NCBI RefSeq assembly: GCF_006345805.1
Contig: NC_043002.1
Location: forward strand, 43,710,001-43,774,000
DNA: 64,000 nt
Origin: Octopus sinensis
Lineage: Eukaryota
Direction of reading: 5' to 3'
Shown here: positions 12,566-26,397 of the stretch, one piece after another
Layout: each line of letters opens with the position of its first letter
How positions within the stretch are numbered: the first letter of the stretch is position 1
The notes under the pieces: model-generated
Told to the model about the DNA's origin: nothing
The model's database searches: none
Seen by the model: only the letters and a program-made list of their open reading frames with translations
Made by a program: the position numbers and the translations under genes

Positions 12566-13146
12566 CAAAGATATGTCATGGTGAAAGTGGGGATAAATTT
12601 TGCCTGCTCCTCGTACATATATATATGTGTGTGTGTGTGAAGGCGCATGGATCAGTGGCTAGAGCGTCGAGCTTACGATCGTGAGGTTGTGAGTTTGAAT
12701 CCCGGACTGGGCTGTGTGTTGTGTTCTTGAGCAAGACACTTTATTTCATGTTGTTCCAGTTCACTCAGCTATAGAAATGAGTTTTCAACGTCACAGGTGC
12801 CATGCTGTATCGGTCTTTGCCTTTCCCTTGGATAACATCGGTGGCGTGGAGAGGGGAGGCTGGTATGCATGAGCAACTGCTGGTCTTCCATAAAAACAAC
12901 CTGGTCCGGACTTGTGCCTGGGAGGGTAACTTACTAGGTGCAATCTCATGGTCAGTCATGGCCGAAGGGGGTCTCAGCATATATATATATAATATTGTTC
13001 TTTCTTACGAAATATATAGAAGTGCTAAAAAGAAGTGCTCGGGTCGAACCCGAGACGAAAGACAAGAATTAAGATATAAACTCAAATTAGGCAATCATAC
13101 TCATATATTTATAAATTTGATGTAATCACTTGGTTCAACCCCCTCG

Positions 13147-15300
13147 AAGATAAGTATTTTATTCAGTTTAATATTTCGAACTATTACGCCTCCATATCTC
13201 CTATTCTTTTAAACAAAGCCTTGAATTTTGCTCGTAATTTTACTAATAGCCCTAGATCAGATATCAATATAATCTCGGCAGCCAGCCAAAACGACCCTTA
13301 TTAACTTTAATGAACATAATTGGGTTAGCTCTGAATCTACAGACTACTTTGATATAACTAAGGGGGCGTCGGGTTCAGCACAGGTGACGGATTTGGTGGG
13401 CCTATAACTCCTCTTTCAAATTTAAAGTAGCTTCCCAAATGTGTCTGGAGGTCTTTATAAGGATGATGCACTACTCATGGCCTATCTAAACCGGTGGTAG
13501 AAAAGTTAAAGAAAGTCCTTAGGAGATTTTTGTTAGATTTTTTCAGCCAAAATATTTTTGATACTAATTCTAAGGTAGTCGACTTCCTAGACGTAACATT
13601 GGACCTTAATACTGGATTATACTACCCATTTCGAAAGCGTAATCAATATCTGCAATATATTAACGTTTTTTCGAACCATCCTAGATTAACTATCAATAGC
13701 ATCGCTACAGTTATTTCCATTAGAATCTCAAATTTATCAGCTAATGAGGAGATTTTTAATCAACATGCCCCGGTTTACAATAATGCCCTGAAGTTAAATG
13801 GTTTTAATGATCAAATTTCTTACATACTTAACACGAAACTTAAAAGAAAATTAGCAAATATATCTCCTAACGCCTTCTCTAAAACTATTAGCGCAAACCA
13901 TGTATTGACAAACATAGATATAAGTAAGCCATGTGGCAATTATATTATACCTAGTGGAATACAATCTAGTAATGAATATAGTAAATATTGTAAGTATAAA
14001 CATCCCGATTCTGAAAAGTCTATCATGACTAAACAATCCAATTCTAGTAAATGTGAAGTTATCTGGTTTGCCCCTAATTTTTCTCTTGGAGTTAAGAACT
14101 GGCCTAAGTTGTTTTTCAAGATCTTGAAGGCTAATTTTCCAAAGCACAACATCTATTACTAAATTTGTAATAAATCTTCGATAGAATTCTTCTACTCTGC
14201 AATGCCTAATCTAAGATCTATTATAGCTTCCATAAATAGAAGTAAAATAAAACGTCGATCGAATAAGGACTGCAACACTAATAACGTACCTAATGCAGGC
14301 TCTGGTAACATGAACTAATCTTGAATAATAAAATCTAAGTAAATCTGAAATTAATAATGTTAATCTAAGTCAACCTTTGGTTGTCACCGATCTTGCATCC
14401 CACCAAATAAAAAAAAAACAATAAAACAAAAAGGAATGATAGTAGAACAAATTTAGAAAAAAGTATGTAGCTGTTCAGTGCTTGGATCATGTCCACTTGT
14501 TGGTTCATATCTTCGGGAAAATGTGGTGTTTAAGTGTACAGTAAAAGATGACCAAAAAACTAAGGTTTATATAGGAAGCACTGTTGATTTTAAGGGAGAT
14601 ATAGAGCCCATTTAAATTCCTTTATTAAAGTTAAGTATAAACTCAACAACTTTCGCCTCATATATACACTGCCTAAGAGATAGCATAATGGTTCATTATC
14701 ATGGCGGCCTCCACCCCTTATAGTGCTACTTTGAACAGATGCAAGTTATGTATAAGGGAATCGTACATTATCCTTAGATCATTTAGTTTAAATACATTAA
14801 ATAAATTCTCTAATGCGATTCCCTCATGTAGTCATAAATTTCATTCCGCTTTTTTGAAAAATTATAGAACCAAACATTGGATGATTTGGAAGAGTGCTCG
14901 CAACTTGAAACCTTTTAGCTCTTAGTACAATGAAAATTCCATTGTGCTGTGTTTAGTCAGAATTAAGTCTCAATGTACTTGTCCCGCCATTCCATGCTCT
15001 CCACTCATTTGCATTCGTAAAGAAAAAATTTCTTTTTTTATATATATGTATCCATCATTCTGTAAGAATCAAAAGTATCAAGAATGTAATTTTATGAGGA
15101 TACCTTTCTTGATGAAAGGGATGTTGTCCACATGGTTTGTAAGATTTATTAATTTTTCTGCCAGGACATGAACTCTAGAAATGGCCGTTGAAAGTGAACC
15201 TCCTCGAACTCTATTATGCACCTTATATACCATTTATATGTTTAAAAAGTACATCAAACACTATGGATCTTTTAATCAAAACTCTTAACTGCTCTTAATT
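13147..15300 (+). mobile_element. Penelope-like retroelement, 5'-truncated: RT, GIY-YIG and 3' pLTR, with stops and frameshifts
   Basis: GGLYKDDALL, DFLDVTLDLNTGLYYPFRK, YINVFSNHP, EVIWFAPNFS, NVVFKCTV..KVYIGST, RCKLCIRESYII. Confidence 0.88.
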
Positions 15301-15768
15301 TCAGTACAAAAAATTTTTTCAGTCCTCTTTTTATCAATCCCCTTTTTCTCTCACTTCCTTCCATACGTATCTCAAATTTTCTGAATATTGTTTTTAAATA
15401 TTCGTATGTATCAATATGTATACGCATTTTAAGTCGAATTTATAAATGTATGAGTATGATTGCCTAATTTGTGTTTGTAACTCAATTCTTATATATATAT
15501 ATATATATATATATTTCCTTCTCGAACCATACCAGGCACATGAGGGCCGGTTTCCTGGTTTCAGTGGTGTATATATTCCCCACCTGGATCGGATGCCGGT
15601 CCGTCGCTGGATCACTCATTGTTGCCAGCTGAGTGAACTGGAGCAACGTAAAATGAAGTGTTTTGCTCAAGAACAAAACGCGTTGCCCGGTCCAGGAATC
15701 AAAATCACAATCTTACGATCATGAATCCAACGCCCGAATCATTAAGCCACGCGCCTCCACTTATGAGT

Positions 15769-15821
<53 letters not shown>

Positions 15822-17357
15822 GTTATAACCAAAAGGATATAATACATGAGTAGATGCATGTATGTAGGCCTGCATGTGCTTTGTTATCCAGTATGAAAGA
15901 GACAGTTAATTTCATGATGAATGCTTTGAAGGTAACTTTTTCTTAAAATATAGTTTCATCTTGTCAGATATAAAATATATCTATTTTTCAGTCCAGTCAC
16001 CCGATCCAGGCAGATATACTTCTAACTCTATATAACTGACAGCCTTGTGCTGCTGGCCGCAGAGAGATTGTATCTATTTTCTATTTTTAAATTACCTGAC
16101 GAGAAATGCAGGCCTCGAAGCACGATGTAATATCAGACATTTTCCATTCATGTTGTGCATCAGAAGTTGAATCTATCCGTTTTTCTATCTCTCTACAGAC
16201 TTAGTGTCATAGCATCTGTAAGAGACCGTGCGATGCGAGGTGACACGAATGAGTCATTAGTACATCATACAACCTTTACAATAAATATAAAAAGAATAAT
16301 ACATATATGTGCCAGAGGGGAAAAAAAGAGAGATACAACCGAGTAGAATGTTTAAGAGAAGATTTATTGTTATATTAATGTGTGTATTTGTGTGTGCGTC
16401 ATGTATACTGAATAATAGACAGGCCGTCATGAGAATAAAGTGTATGTGTGTATAAGCATGGATGTATGTATGCGTGTTTGTTAAGTACATATAAGAATAG
16501 CAATGAAGAAGACAGTGGAAGAATCCATAATGAGAAGTCAGACGAATGTTCATAGACTCAAGAATGAGAAGTACCAGTTCGTAATCAATTGTACACGGTA
16601 GTTGAAATACTGTAACAAGAAGTTGCGGTCATGATGTTAAGCCGGTTGCGGTACATGTCATACGTTGTACATGTCGTACGTGAAGTTGTGGCTGTGATGC
16701 TGCTGCCTGGATCACTTGGTACAGGAATTCTCGCAGGTTGTATATTTGCTGTGGATCCATGGTGACGTAATTCACGAACAGTGCAGTGTTGAAACCTGGG
16801 CGAGTTGCTTATTGAGCCGTGTACGTAGAGACGATGTTGATGACGTTAAGAAGATAATGGTGGCGACAGAGAAAGAGATTGCCGCAATGCTAGCTTGCCA
16901 AAGGTTAGCTGTTACCTGCTACGTTCGGAATGTCGTATATATAATAAAGGAGAGAGAGAGAAATTTCACTCGAATGTACGCTACACATCAAATATTTCAT
17001 GGTTTACATAAATATTTGTTGAAAAATACATTGTCAAGTTTGCATACTAATAATTATGTTTTGTTACTGAGTATCTTCTTTCACTTGATCGTGACCATGC
17101 TGGGGCACTGCCTTGAGGAGTTTAGTCGAACAAATCGATCCCAGGAGTTATTTTATTTTTCTAAATCGGGTACTCATTCTATCGGTCTGTTTTGCCGAAC
17201 TGGTATGTTGCGGAACCCTAAACAAACCAACATCGGTTTGTCAAGCGGAGGCAAGAAACACACAAGTACAAATACTCACACACACACGCACGCACGCACT
17301 CACACACACACCACACACACACACACACACCACACACACACACACACATACACGCAC

Positions 17358-17399
<42 letters not shown>

Positions 17400-17784
17400 T
17401 GTGTTTGACCCTCTGGTCGATAAATGATGAGAAGTTGGCAACACTCTGTGTCTGTTTCTCGTGTTTGTGTATTTAATGTCTTTTAATAATATTATATATA
17501 TATACGTCGGGTTTATTTCAGTTTCCGTCTACCACTTCCACTTACAAGCTTTTGGTCAGCCCTGGTCTATAGTATAAGACATTTACCCAAAGCACTACGT
17601 TGTGAAACTGAACTCGAAACCATGTGGTTGGGAAGTAAACTTCTTTTCACACGGCCATACCTGCGCCTTGAAACCTAATGATCCATAGGGGAAAATTTGG
17701 TGCAAAGATCACTCGTATTTTCTTTATGACATATATCAAAAGCTACGTTTTTCTTTTACTTTTTAACTGTATAGATTTCATGTT

Positions 17785-18555
17785 ATCTTAGTTCTAGGTT
17801 CTCCTGTGCTGTGTGACGCACTTGTCGGCAATGCTTCTCCAGCATGGTCGGTCGGCCGCGGCGATTTCAGCTTCGTCCCATAAAATGTCACTGGTTTGAC
17901 GTCATCGATGAAGGTGCGGTTCCAAGTCGCTTTTGGTCGCCTTTCTTTCCTCTTGCCATACGGTGACTTCCACAGAATGGTGTGGTTTTCGCCTCCATCG
18001 TTGGTCACGACGCTGCCCAAATAGGTGAATTCATTAAACTCCTCGATTTGGTGTTGTCCAATCATGAAAAGGACGCCATTGTTGTTCCTTCCCATCGACA
18101 TATCTAATCCTCATGATCTTCGTCTTGTTTGCACTTATGCAGAGTCCGATCTTGGCCGCCTCCGTTCCAATCTCTCTGTCATTGTGCAAATGACATTCTT
18201 CGTCGCTCCGAGGAGCGCGATGTCATCGGCGAAGTCGAGGTCAGTCAGGCGCCCCGACCCACACTACCCAAATCCGCGTTTGCGCATCGCCCCGCCCCGC
18301 TCATGATAAATTCGATCGCCATAAGAAATAGGAGAGGAGATAAAATGCACCTTTGCCGTACACCGGTCTCAATGTGTTCGAAGTAAGTGTTTCCGATCGT
18401 CAACCCATTCGTTGAGCAGAACGAGACCAACCGATTGCCATTGCCGCTTGGATCAATTACGTGCTCGTAGCATTGTCGGTTTCTCCTGATTTTGGCATTG
18501 AAGTCGCCAATTAGTAGGACCAAGTCGTGACGAGGGGCGTCGTCCAGGGTGTCAA
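17785..18555 (-). mobile_element. RTE-clade LINE derivative with several internal deletions
   Basis: Collinear pieces LLIGDFNAKI / NGNRLVSFCSTNGLTIGNTYFEH (APE), TGVRQRCILSPLLF / LTDLDFADDIALL / FTYLGSVVT (RT) and GKRKERRPKATW (C-terminus) within about 770 bp. Confidence 0.85.
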
Positions 18556-18779
18556 GTTATAGCCACACATAATCCATGATCTATATAAATATTTGTTAAG
18601 CATTTTGGTGAAAAATACAAAAGATGAATTTAAGATGTATCTTGCGGAATGTGTGTACATCTTGTTACATATCCTTATCTATTGTACAGTTTTGTGGCAA
18701 ATTACAGAACATTTACATCTTAGAATCTCGTCAAATGAATGTAAAATACCATCATTTGAAAGAATATTTGCAAACTATT

Positions 18780-19560
18780 GATAACTAGTGTCTGTTTGTC
18801 GATCTGTCAGCACTGTAATTTTAAAGAAAATAATTGATTGTGGCGATGCAACTTTCTCTTCAACAAAAGCCCTTTTGCCTAAAATTGCTTCCAGCATATT
18901 TCTGCTTTCTAAACCCCTATAAAAAATGTGTTTATTTATTATTGTACCAACACAATATATATCCATTGGTTGACGTCAGACAATAGAAATTATATTATGC
19001 GCAGATACACACGTATAACATTTAGAGATAGAAACAAGATATACTAAACATCCACACAGGAATATACAACATATATACAACAGCGATCAAGCAGACAAAA
19101 TTTTTCACTTGAGAATATAGCATTTTGTAAAAGCATTCGACCGAAAGAAGAAAAATAATAAAATAATTCAATAATAAAGAAAAAAATAAAATATAGACGA
19201 AATTCATTAGTTTACCACTAATACGCAATTATCTTTAGAAAAGTAGTTTCTTCATTCTGTTTTATGTAATTTTAAGAGACATTAATTAAATTTGTTTTGT
19301 AAGTTTAAGTAGCAAAGATATACATGCATTTAACATGTATGTAAGTGCGGAGTGTGCTTAGCATATCTAAATCATCTTATGAAATTTCTGATGTGCTTGA
19401 AAAATGGCTTGAGCAGGATATCTAAACAGTTATTCAGGTGGTGGGTTTCATATGCGGGGCCAGATTTTGTTGAGGCGATATTGTGGTTTTACTGGGTGTT
19501 TTTTTCTTGAGCCGAGAGTCACCAATTTGTCGCGATGTGTTGCTTGTGTTGCGGAGATCG
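18780..19560 (-). mobile_element. Degenerate PLE RT fragment
   Basis: GPAYETHHLNNCLDILLKPFFKHIRNFIR at about 19370-19490 resembles PLE RT (IAGP-C-T--LS--LDILLKPF--H--S-IRD). Confidence 0.55.
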
Positions 19561-21094
19561 TATCGGAGACCTTTCTTGTTGTAGAGTAACCTATCGGCTT
19601 GCAAATAACAATACAGTACTAGAAAAGAAAGTAAGTGCTACCAACCTCACTCGATATATAGAGCAACCACCAGCAAGTGAAAAACGAGAAACAAATTACG
19701 AACATCAAGATATCCAAGCTCCAAACTAAAAAAAAAAAAGAAAAGAAAACTGATGTTTTAATGTATATAAATACATTTCGTTACCAATAAATTTCGGTTT
19801 GTATATGAAAAACATATCGTTCTTCAAATCAATCTCTTATCGTTACATTCTGTCAAGACAACTCAGTCCTCTATAAACAACATTTATCTGATACATATCT
19901 ATAGAAAAAAAAGTAGTATTTTAATCCAAATTACTTTCTCGTTAACAAAAAACAAGAATGCTTTTATTTAAAAAAAAATTACCAACACAGAATCTCTGAT
20001 ATTTTTCAGCGTATCACAAAAGTGCGCAAAATAATCTAATATTTTTGTCCTATTTTCATATTTTAAGATTACTTTACAATCTTGAATGTAATCCGTGTTT
20101 AATGCTATAAAAATATCAGGACTTGTAAGTCTTAGAAATTATTATTTCAGCAAGAGGGTAATGTGAACAGCGCGGGAATAATTTGAAATCAGCTTCAGGT
20201 TAACCCCCACCCACCCTACCTCAGCCCGTAATCAGAAATGGATTTCAGATTATCAAGAGGTACTTGAAATGGGTCGGTGGGTAACTTGAAATCTTTACAC
20301 CGAGCAAAATGCTTAGCGGAATTTTGGTTTTACGTTCTGAGTTCAAATTCCGCCGAGGTTGACTTAACCTTTCATCCTTTTGGAGTCGATAAAATAAGTA
20401 CCAGTTGAATACTGGGGTCGACATAATCGACTTACACCTCCGCTAAAATTGTTGACCTTCTGTCAAAATTTGAAATCGTTATTTTTGGTTTCTCTTGTTT
20501 GTATGGTACCCCCGAGTGTCTTTGTTCCTGTGGACAGGTTGCTTGATATTATTGGTGTAATAGCGTGGGATTGATGTATACGGTTGATTGTTGAATTTTT
20601 GAATTCGCTTCGTTGGCGTATTTCGGGGAATTTCGTTGATTGTTTCTCATTTTGAGAAGGAAATTGTAATTCTTTTATTCTTCTACTTGTTTCAGTCATT
20701 AGACTGTGGCCATGCTGGGACACCGCTTTGAATTTTAGTCCAACAAGTCGACCCCAGAACTTAATTTTATTATTTAAGCCTGATACTCACTGTAGCGGTC
20801 TGTTTTGCCGAGCCACTAGATTACAGAGATGTAATCACACTAACACCGCTTGTGAAGCGGTTGGAGACAAACACAGACACAAAGACACACACACACACAC
20901 ATACACACTCACACGTGACAGTATTCTTTCAGTTTCATTTTGCCAAATCCTTTCACAAGGCTTTGGTCGACCCGAGGCTTTAGTAGAAAACTCTTGCCCA
21001 AGATGCCTCACAGTAGGACTGAATCAGGAACTATATGATTGGGAAGCAAACTTTTTACCACACAGCCACACCTGCACCTGTTGACCCTCCGATG

Positions 21095-21330
21095 CAAGAC
21101 TTCAAAAACTAAAGAATACACTCCTTGACAGGAACTACTCATCATCCTTAATTGATAATGGAATACAACAAGTCAAACAATTCAGTATCCTGGAGGAACA
21201 AGAGAATTAAAAAAACAAAGAGTATATTGGAATTGAAACTTTCCGTTCTATATCAAAAAGCAATGTGGTTTACAACATCACATTCCAAAACATACCAACG
21301 CTGAAAGATGTGATTTCAGAACTGCTAACA
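21095..21330 (+). mobile_element. PLE fragment (RT thumb/linker)
   Basis: RLQKLKNTLLDRNYSSSLIDNGIQQVK. Confidence 0.45.
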
Positions 21331-21542
21331 TGAAAAATAAATTTTATTTTATTTACTTCATTTTCCGTTTTATTTAGCATGACTAAAGAATCTCTTCAAG
21401 CGATTGAAACCTGTAGCTCATTTTGATAAAAAATTTAATTACTTTCTTCCTTTTATCCACGATAAAGTTCTCATAATATTTCTTCTTTTTGTTTTATTGT
21501 ATAGATTTACTCATGTAAAAACCTTTAATCTTTTCAATATAT

Positions 21543-22190
21543 ATTAGGGGTACCGAAAAGTAACGTTGCATTTTGTGTATTGAATTAAAATCTGCATAAA
21601 ACATATAAATATATTTATTCCTTCAAAATCATCAATAGCAATAATTATTCCCCCACCTCGAAATCAGTTTTCTGATTTTCTCGGTTATTTTCACGTTATT
21701 TTAAAGATAAAAATGTTTGGAATGCCGTTTTGATATCGTCCATGCTTCTCAATTTTTTTTTCACACTGGCAAACGTGAAAATCTGATGGTGTTAGGTCTG
21801 CTAAATAGAGAAGGTGAGTTACAGCTTCCCAGCCTAATGAACTTATCTTTTCTTGAGTTACCTTGCTGAACGCATTTCTATATTCTCAGGAGACTACTCA
21901 CATTCCTTTATCCTTTCGAGAGTTACCTTCACTGAATGCGGTCTTACATTGTCATGGTGCAGAATGGGGTATCAACATTTCTTCTCTATACTTTTTCCTA
22001 ATCTTCTTTAGATGATCTTGCACTGTGGGCCAAGGTTTATTAAGTTTCTGAGATAAGCCCCCGATACCTTGACGCGCATCCACTCCTACTGCTATTTGCA
22101 CTGCGTCATTATTGAGAACAGTTGGTCTTCCTGATCGATACCCATCCAAAAGATCGAAATTATCATCTTTGAATTTGTAAACCACCCTTG
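21543..22190 (-). mobile_element. mariner transposon remnant
   Basis: KFKDDNFDLLDGYRSGRP...TVQDHLKKI...LIPH (HTH region), degenerate 3' part, and a TIR-like end TATTAGGGGTACCGAAAAGTAACG at about 21543. Confidence 0.65.
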
Positions 22191-24100
22191 ACATTATTAT
22201 ACATACATACATATAGGGATTTGATGTCCAAGGTGAAGAGGAAGTGTGAGGGGCCGGGAGAGAAGGAAAAGGAATTGAAGAGACGAAGGGCGTGATTAGT
22301 GTCGTGTAAGTGAGATGGGAGGGCAGCAACTAAAGGAGACAGGATGCGGTCAAGGTATTTGGAAATGAGTTCGGTGGGACAATTACAGGTAGAAACGATG
22401 AGGCGGCCAGGGTTGTTGGGTTTATGTATTTTGGGAAGGAAATTGATGGTGGATGTCCGGGGTGTTCGGATGATGAGGTTGGTGGCGGGGGGAAGCAGAA
22501 GAGGGGATGAGGTCATGGATGGTGGGGTCGGAGGGGAGGAGGCGATAGAAGAGGGGATTTTGAAGTTGGCTGAGCTCCTCCTCTCCGTATAGGTCCGCAC
22601 GCCACACCACCACTGCTCCGCCTTTGTCTGCTGGTTTGATGACAATGTTGTTGCGGCGACGGAGGTTGCGAAGGGCAGTCGATTCAGCACGGGTGAGATT
22701 GGCTCGGAGGGATCTTTTATTGAAATTGAATCGGTTGACCAACGCATTGCAGTCGTGCACGAACAAGTGTAGGCTACTGAATTGGCCTGGAGGCGGCGTC
22801 CAGTTGGATGGGCAGTGCCCCAGCTCCGAAAAGCAATCTCGATTGTCGTGACGTTGTGTAGACGTGTGGAAAAACGCGCATAGTTTGATGCGGCGTAGGA
22901 AATAGCTGACGTCGGTGCGGGTCTCAAATTCGTCGCAGTGGAGTGAAGCGGAGTCCTCTACTGAGGAGTGAGCGCTCGGCAGCGGAGAGGGGGAGGTTGG
23001 ATGGTATAGTGACAACAGTGTGAGGGAGCAGAGTGTTGGGGTGAGTGGGGTCAGGAAGAGGGGATGCAGAGGCGTGGGGAGGAGGGTTGGAATGGTTGGG
23101 TGAAGATGGGGTAGGGGTGGGAAAGTCAGGGTGGGTGTGTGTGGGTCTGTGGAGGGTACAGAGGAAAGAGCGTGGTGGATGCGGGATTGGAGGGAGTCGG
23201 GGGAGCTGAAGGGGAGGGAGGTGAAGGGTTGAGGAGGTGGTGGAGTTTTTTGTTTTTTTTGTGTGTGAGGAAATTGTGGAGTTGGTGGTTGAGATTAAGA
23301 ATGAAGCGGAGAATGGGTTGAGTGAAGGTAGAGGGCAGAGGGAGGAGAGGAGGTAAGCCTGGGGAAGTTGGTGGTCAAGAGAGTGAAGGAGGGAGCGGGT
23401 GGAACGGATGGTGGCACGGATGAGGAGGCGGGAAGTGCGGGCGAGGGTGGGTCCGATGAGGGGGTAGGAATAGGGGGTAGCGTTGAACTTCAAGAGGAAG
23501 CCACGGGGTGTGACGTGATGGTGGAGGTAACGGCTAAGAAAAGAGAGATGGCTAGAGTGGCGAGTTTTTTAAAAAGTGAGAGTTTTTTGCGGGTTGCAAG
23601 CATTGGGGGGGGACAGCAAAGAAGGGATTGAAAGTATTGGAGGAAGGAGTGGAGGTCATGCATGGTGAGAGGGTGTGAATGTCTGTGTAGCTGTAAATGG
23701 TGGCGACAAAAGCAGAAAAGTGGAAGTAGAAGAAAAAAGGTAAAAAGAGGACGAGAAAAAATGGAAGAGTCACGGACAAATTGTTTGGATTTCCAATCTC
23801 GATTACAGTGGCGTACTCCGGATGAATGGTAATAGTAATCCGTAGGTGTAAAAATCCAGGAATTGGTTATCTAAGTCAGTCAGAAGGCCGGGGTCCGTGT
23901 GAGCGTGCGATATACAAAGTTAATCCAAACCTGAAAACACAACGACGCGAGGACGTGGAACAAGTATAGCGTTATTAGACGCTCAGGAAAGGAAAGAAAG
24001 GAGGATTTAACGTTTCGAGCGGAGCTCTTCGTCAGAAACATAGGAAAAGGAAAGATCCAAGGAAGGGAAGCCGGAGGAAAATAATCGCCAACGATACACA
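22190..24100 (-). mobile_element. Penelope-like element, 5' half: pLTR with hammerhead, N-terminus and RT up to the first catalytic motif; frameshifted and 3'-truncated
   Basis: LLSRGLRFTP, FLRRIKLCAFF, IVIKPADKGGAVVVW, LPKIHKPNNPGRLIVS, LFTLDIKSLY. Confidence 0.9.
24005..24039 (-). ncRNA. Minimal (dimer-type) hammerhead motif in the PLE 5' pLTR
   Basis: Minus strand GTTT-CTGACGA-A-GAGC-TCC-GCTC-GAAAC-GTT|AAAT. Helix II is 4 bp; helix III is the palindrome AACGTT. Confidence 0.75.
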
Positions 24101-24409
24101 CGCGGTCACATATTGAATGATTGGAAGGGAATGGGTGAAGAAAAAGTTCTTTCAAAGACAGGAGAGTGCAAGAGAAGGAGGTATGTGTGTGTATGTGCGT
24201 GCGCGCTGGTCTGTGTGCGTATGTGTGTGTGTGTAATGATAATACACGTGTCTGTGTGTGTGTGTGTGTGGTTGTGGCTGTTAATCTATGTGTGTAGTTG
24301 GGCCTGGTATCGTTTAAGGTCATAGGAAGAATACACACACACATATATATATATACATATAGATAGATATATATATACATACATATATATATAATATATA
24401 TATATATAT

Positions 24410-24477
<68 letters not shown>

Positions 24478-25076
24478 ATATATATATACATACATACATA
24501 TATATACATGGCTCAGTGGTTAGAGCGTCGAGCTTACGATCGTGAGGTTGTGAGCTCGAATCCCGGACCGGGCTGCGTGTTGTGTTCTTGAGCAAAACAC
24601 TTTATTTCACGTTGCTCCAGTTCACTCAGCTGTAGAAATGAGTTGCGACGTCACTGGTTCCAAGCTGTATCGACCTTTGTCTTTCCCTTGGATAACACTG
24701 GTGGCGTGGAGAGGGGAGGCCGGTATGCATGGGCGACTGCTGGTCTTCCATAAAACAACCTTGCCCGGACTTGTGTCTAGGAGGGTAACTTTCTAGGTGC
24801 AATCCCATGGTCATTCATGACCGAAGGGGGTCTTTACCCTTTATATATATATATATATATACACATACATACATACATATATATATATACATACCAAGGA
24901 AGGGAAGACGGAGGAAAAAAATCGCCAATTATATGTTTTAATTTTTTTTGCAATTTACTTAATTATTGATATTTTATTGTTATTTTAATGTTAATATTTC
25001 TATTTATATGTAATTTTCTAGATGGTGTAATTTAATTATTTATTTTGAATTGATAAAAGGTGGTTTTTTTCTCATT

Positions 25077-25135
<59 letters not shown>

Positions 25136-25269
25136 TGTATGAAATTTGATTTACTATTTCTAAATTGAATTTTTTTCCCTGTAATTTTGGATTACTATCC
25201 CCTCAAATAATAATTATATATATATTTTTCTTGTTTCAGCTCAGAGCTGCGGCCATGCTGATGCACCGT

Positions 25270-26397
25270 CGTTTTGTGCTACACTGTTATTACGAAGAGC
25301 CTCCTCTAATATCTGGAACTTGGTGAAGAATGGAGTTTGATATAGCTATTCTCATTTGCACCTCTTGCCGTGAAGCAGGTTCATCTGGGACTCTCGACAG
25401 GAAGATGTCCAGCTTTGATTTAAAAACCGCTACATCTACTTTGTGCAAGTTCCTCAGACTCTTTGGGAGAATATTAAAAAGCTGTGGGCCCTTGAAACCC
25501 AGGCTGTTGCAGTAGCTGGTCCTGAAGTGTGATGGCATTGCTGTGATCTTTGGCACTATGCAATGTCGTCCCGTTCTAGCATTGGTATAGCTTACAATGC
25601 CAAAATTTGGCACAATTCCTTCCAGGATCTTCCAGACATATATTACTGCATACCTCTCCCGTCTTCTCTCCAGGGAGTAGAGTCTTAGCTGTTTCAACCT
25701 TTCCCAGTAGCTGAGCTGTTGCAAAGAGACGATCTTCTTTGTGAATCTTCTCTGGATTGCTTCAAGGTCCGCTGTTAAATTCACACTGGTGGGTGACCAT
25801 AGCTGTGAGCAGTAATCCAGGCGGCTGAGGACGAATGTCCGCCAGAGGACCATCATGGTTTCCTTATCTCTGGTTTTGAATGTTCTTAGGATCCATCCAG
25901 CCAGTCGTCTGCACTTTGTCGCCATCCTGGTAATGTGCACTTGGAAAGAGGTATCCTCACTCATGTCGATACCCAAGTCCCTCACAGACTTAGGCTCTGG
26001 GATTGAAATTCCCTGTGGACCGATGTATCCTGTAAGTTTAATATTCAGTTTTGGAAGCTGGTAGCGCAGGGCCTGGAATTTTTCAGCATTAAACTGCATA
26101 TTATTATCCTCAGCCCATCTGTAGATTGAGTCCAACTCCTGCTGCAGGTGTGCAACATCGCTGGGGTTCTGTATTTTCTGCGAGACTTTCGTATCGTCTG
26201 CATAGCTGGCCAGAGTGGCTATCCGGGCATTTGAGGGCATATCTGAGAAGGCCACTATAAAAAGCAGTGGTCCCAAGACAGTGCCCTGTGAAACACCGCT
26301 CACTACTTGTGTGTTCATAGAGGTGGCTCCATTATCCACTACTGCCTGACTTCTATCTTTCAGGAAGCCATGTAACCACACTCCAAGTTTTTCAGCT
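25270..26397 (-). mobile_element. 5'-truncated CR1/L2-group LINE, RT C-terminal half (open for 363 aa)
   Basis: VSQGTVLGPLLF, YADDTK, MQFNAEKFQ, VRDLGI, LDYCSQLWSP, LYSLERRRERY. Confidence 0.92.

Noticed and set aside
16085-16135. ATTAC-CTGACGAG...CTC-GAAGC...GTAAT
   Set aside because: Helix I pairs, but GAAG replaces GAAA and there is no valid NUH; too degenerate to call.
24507-24570. tRNA-like sequences at SINE heads
   Set aside because: They continue into SINE bodies and lack a proper acceptor stem; not tRNA genes.
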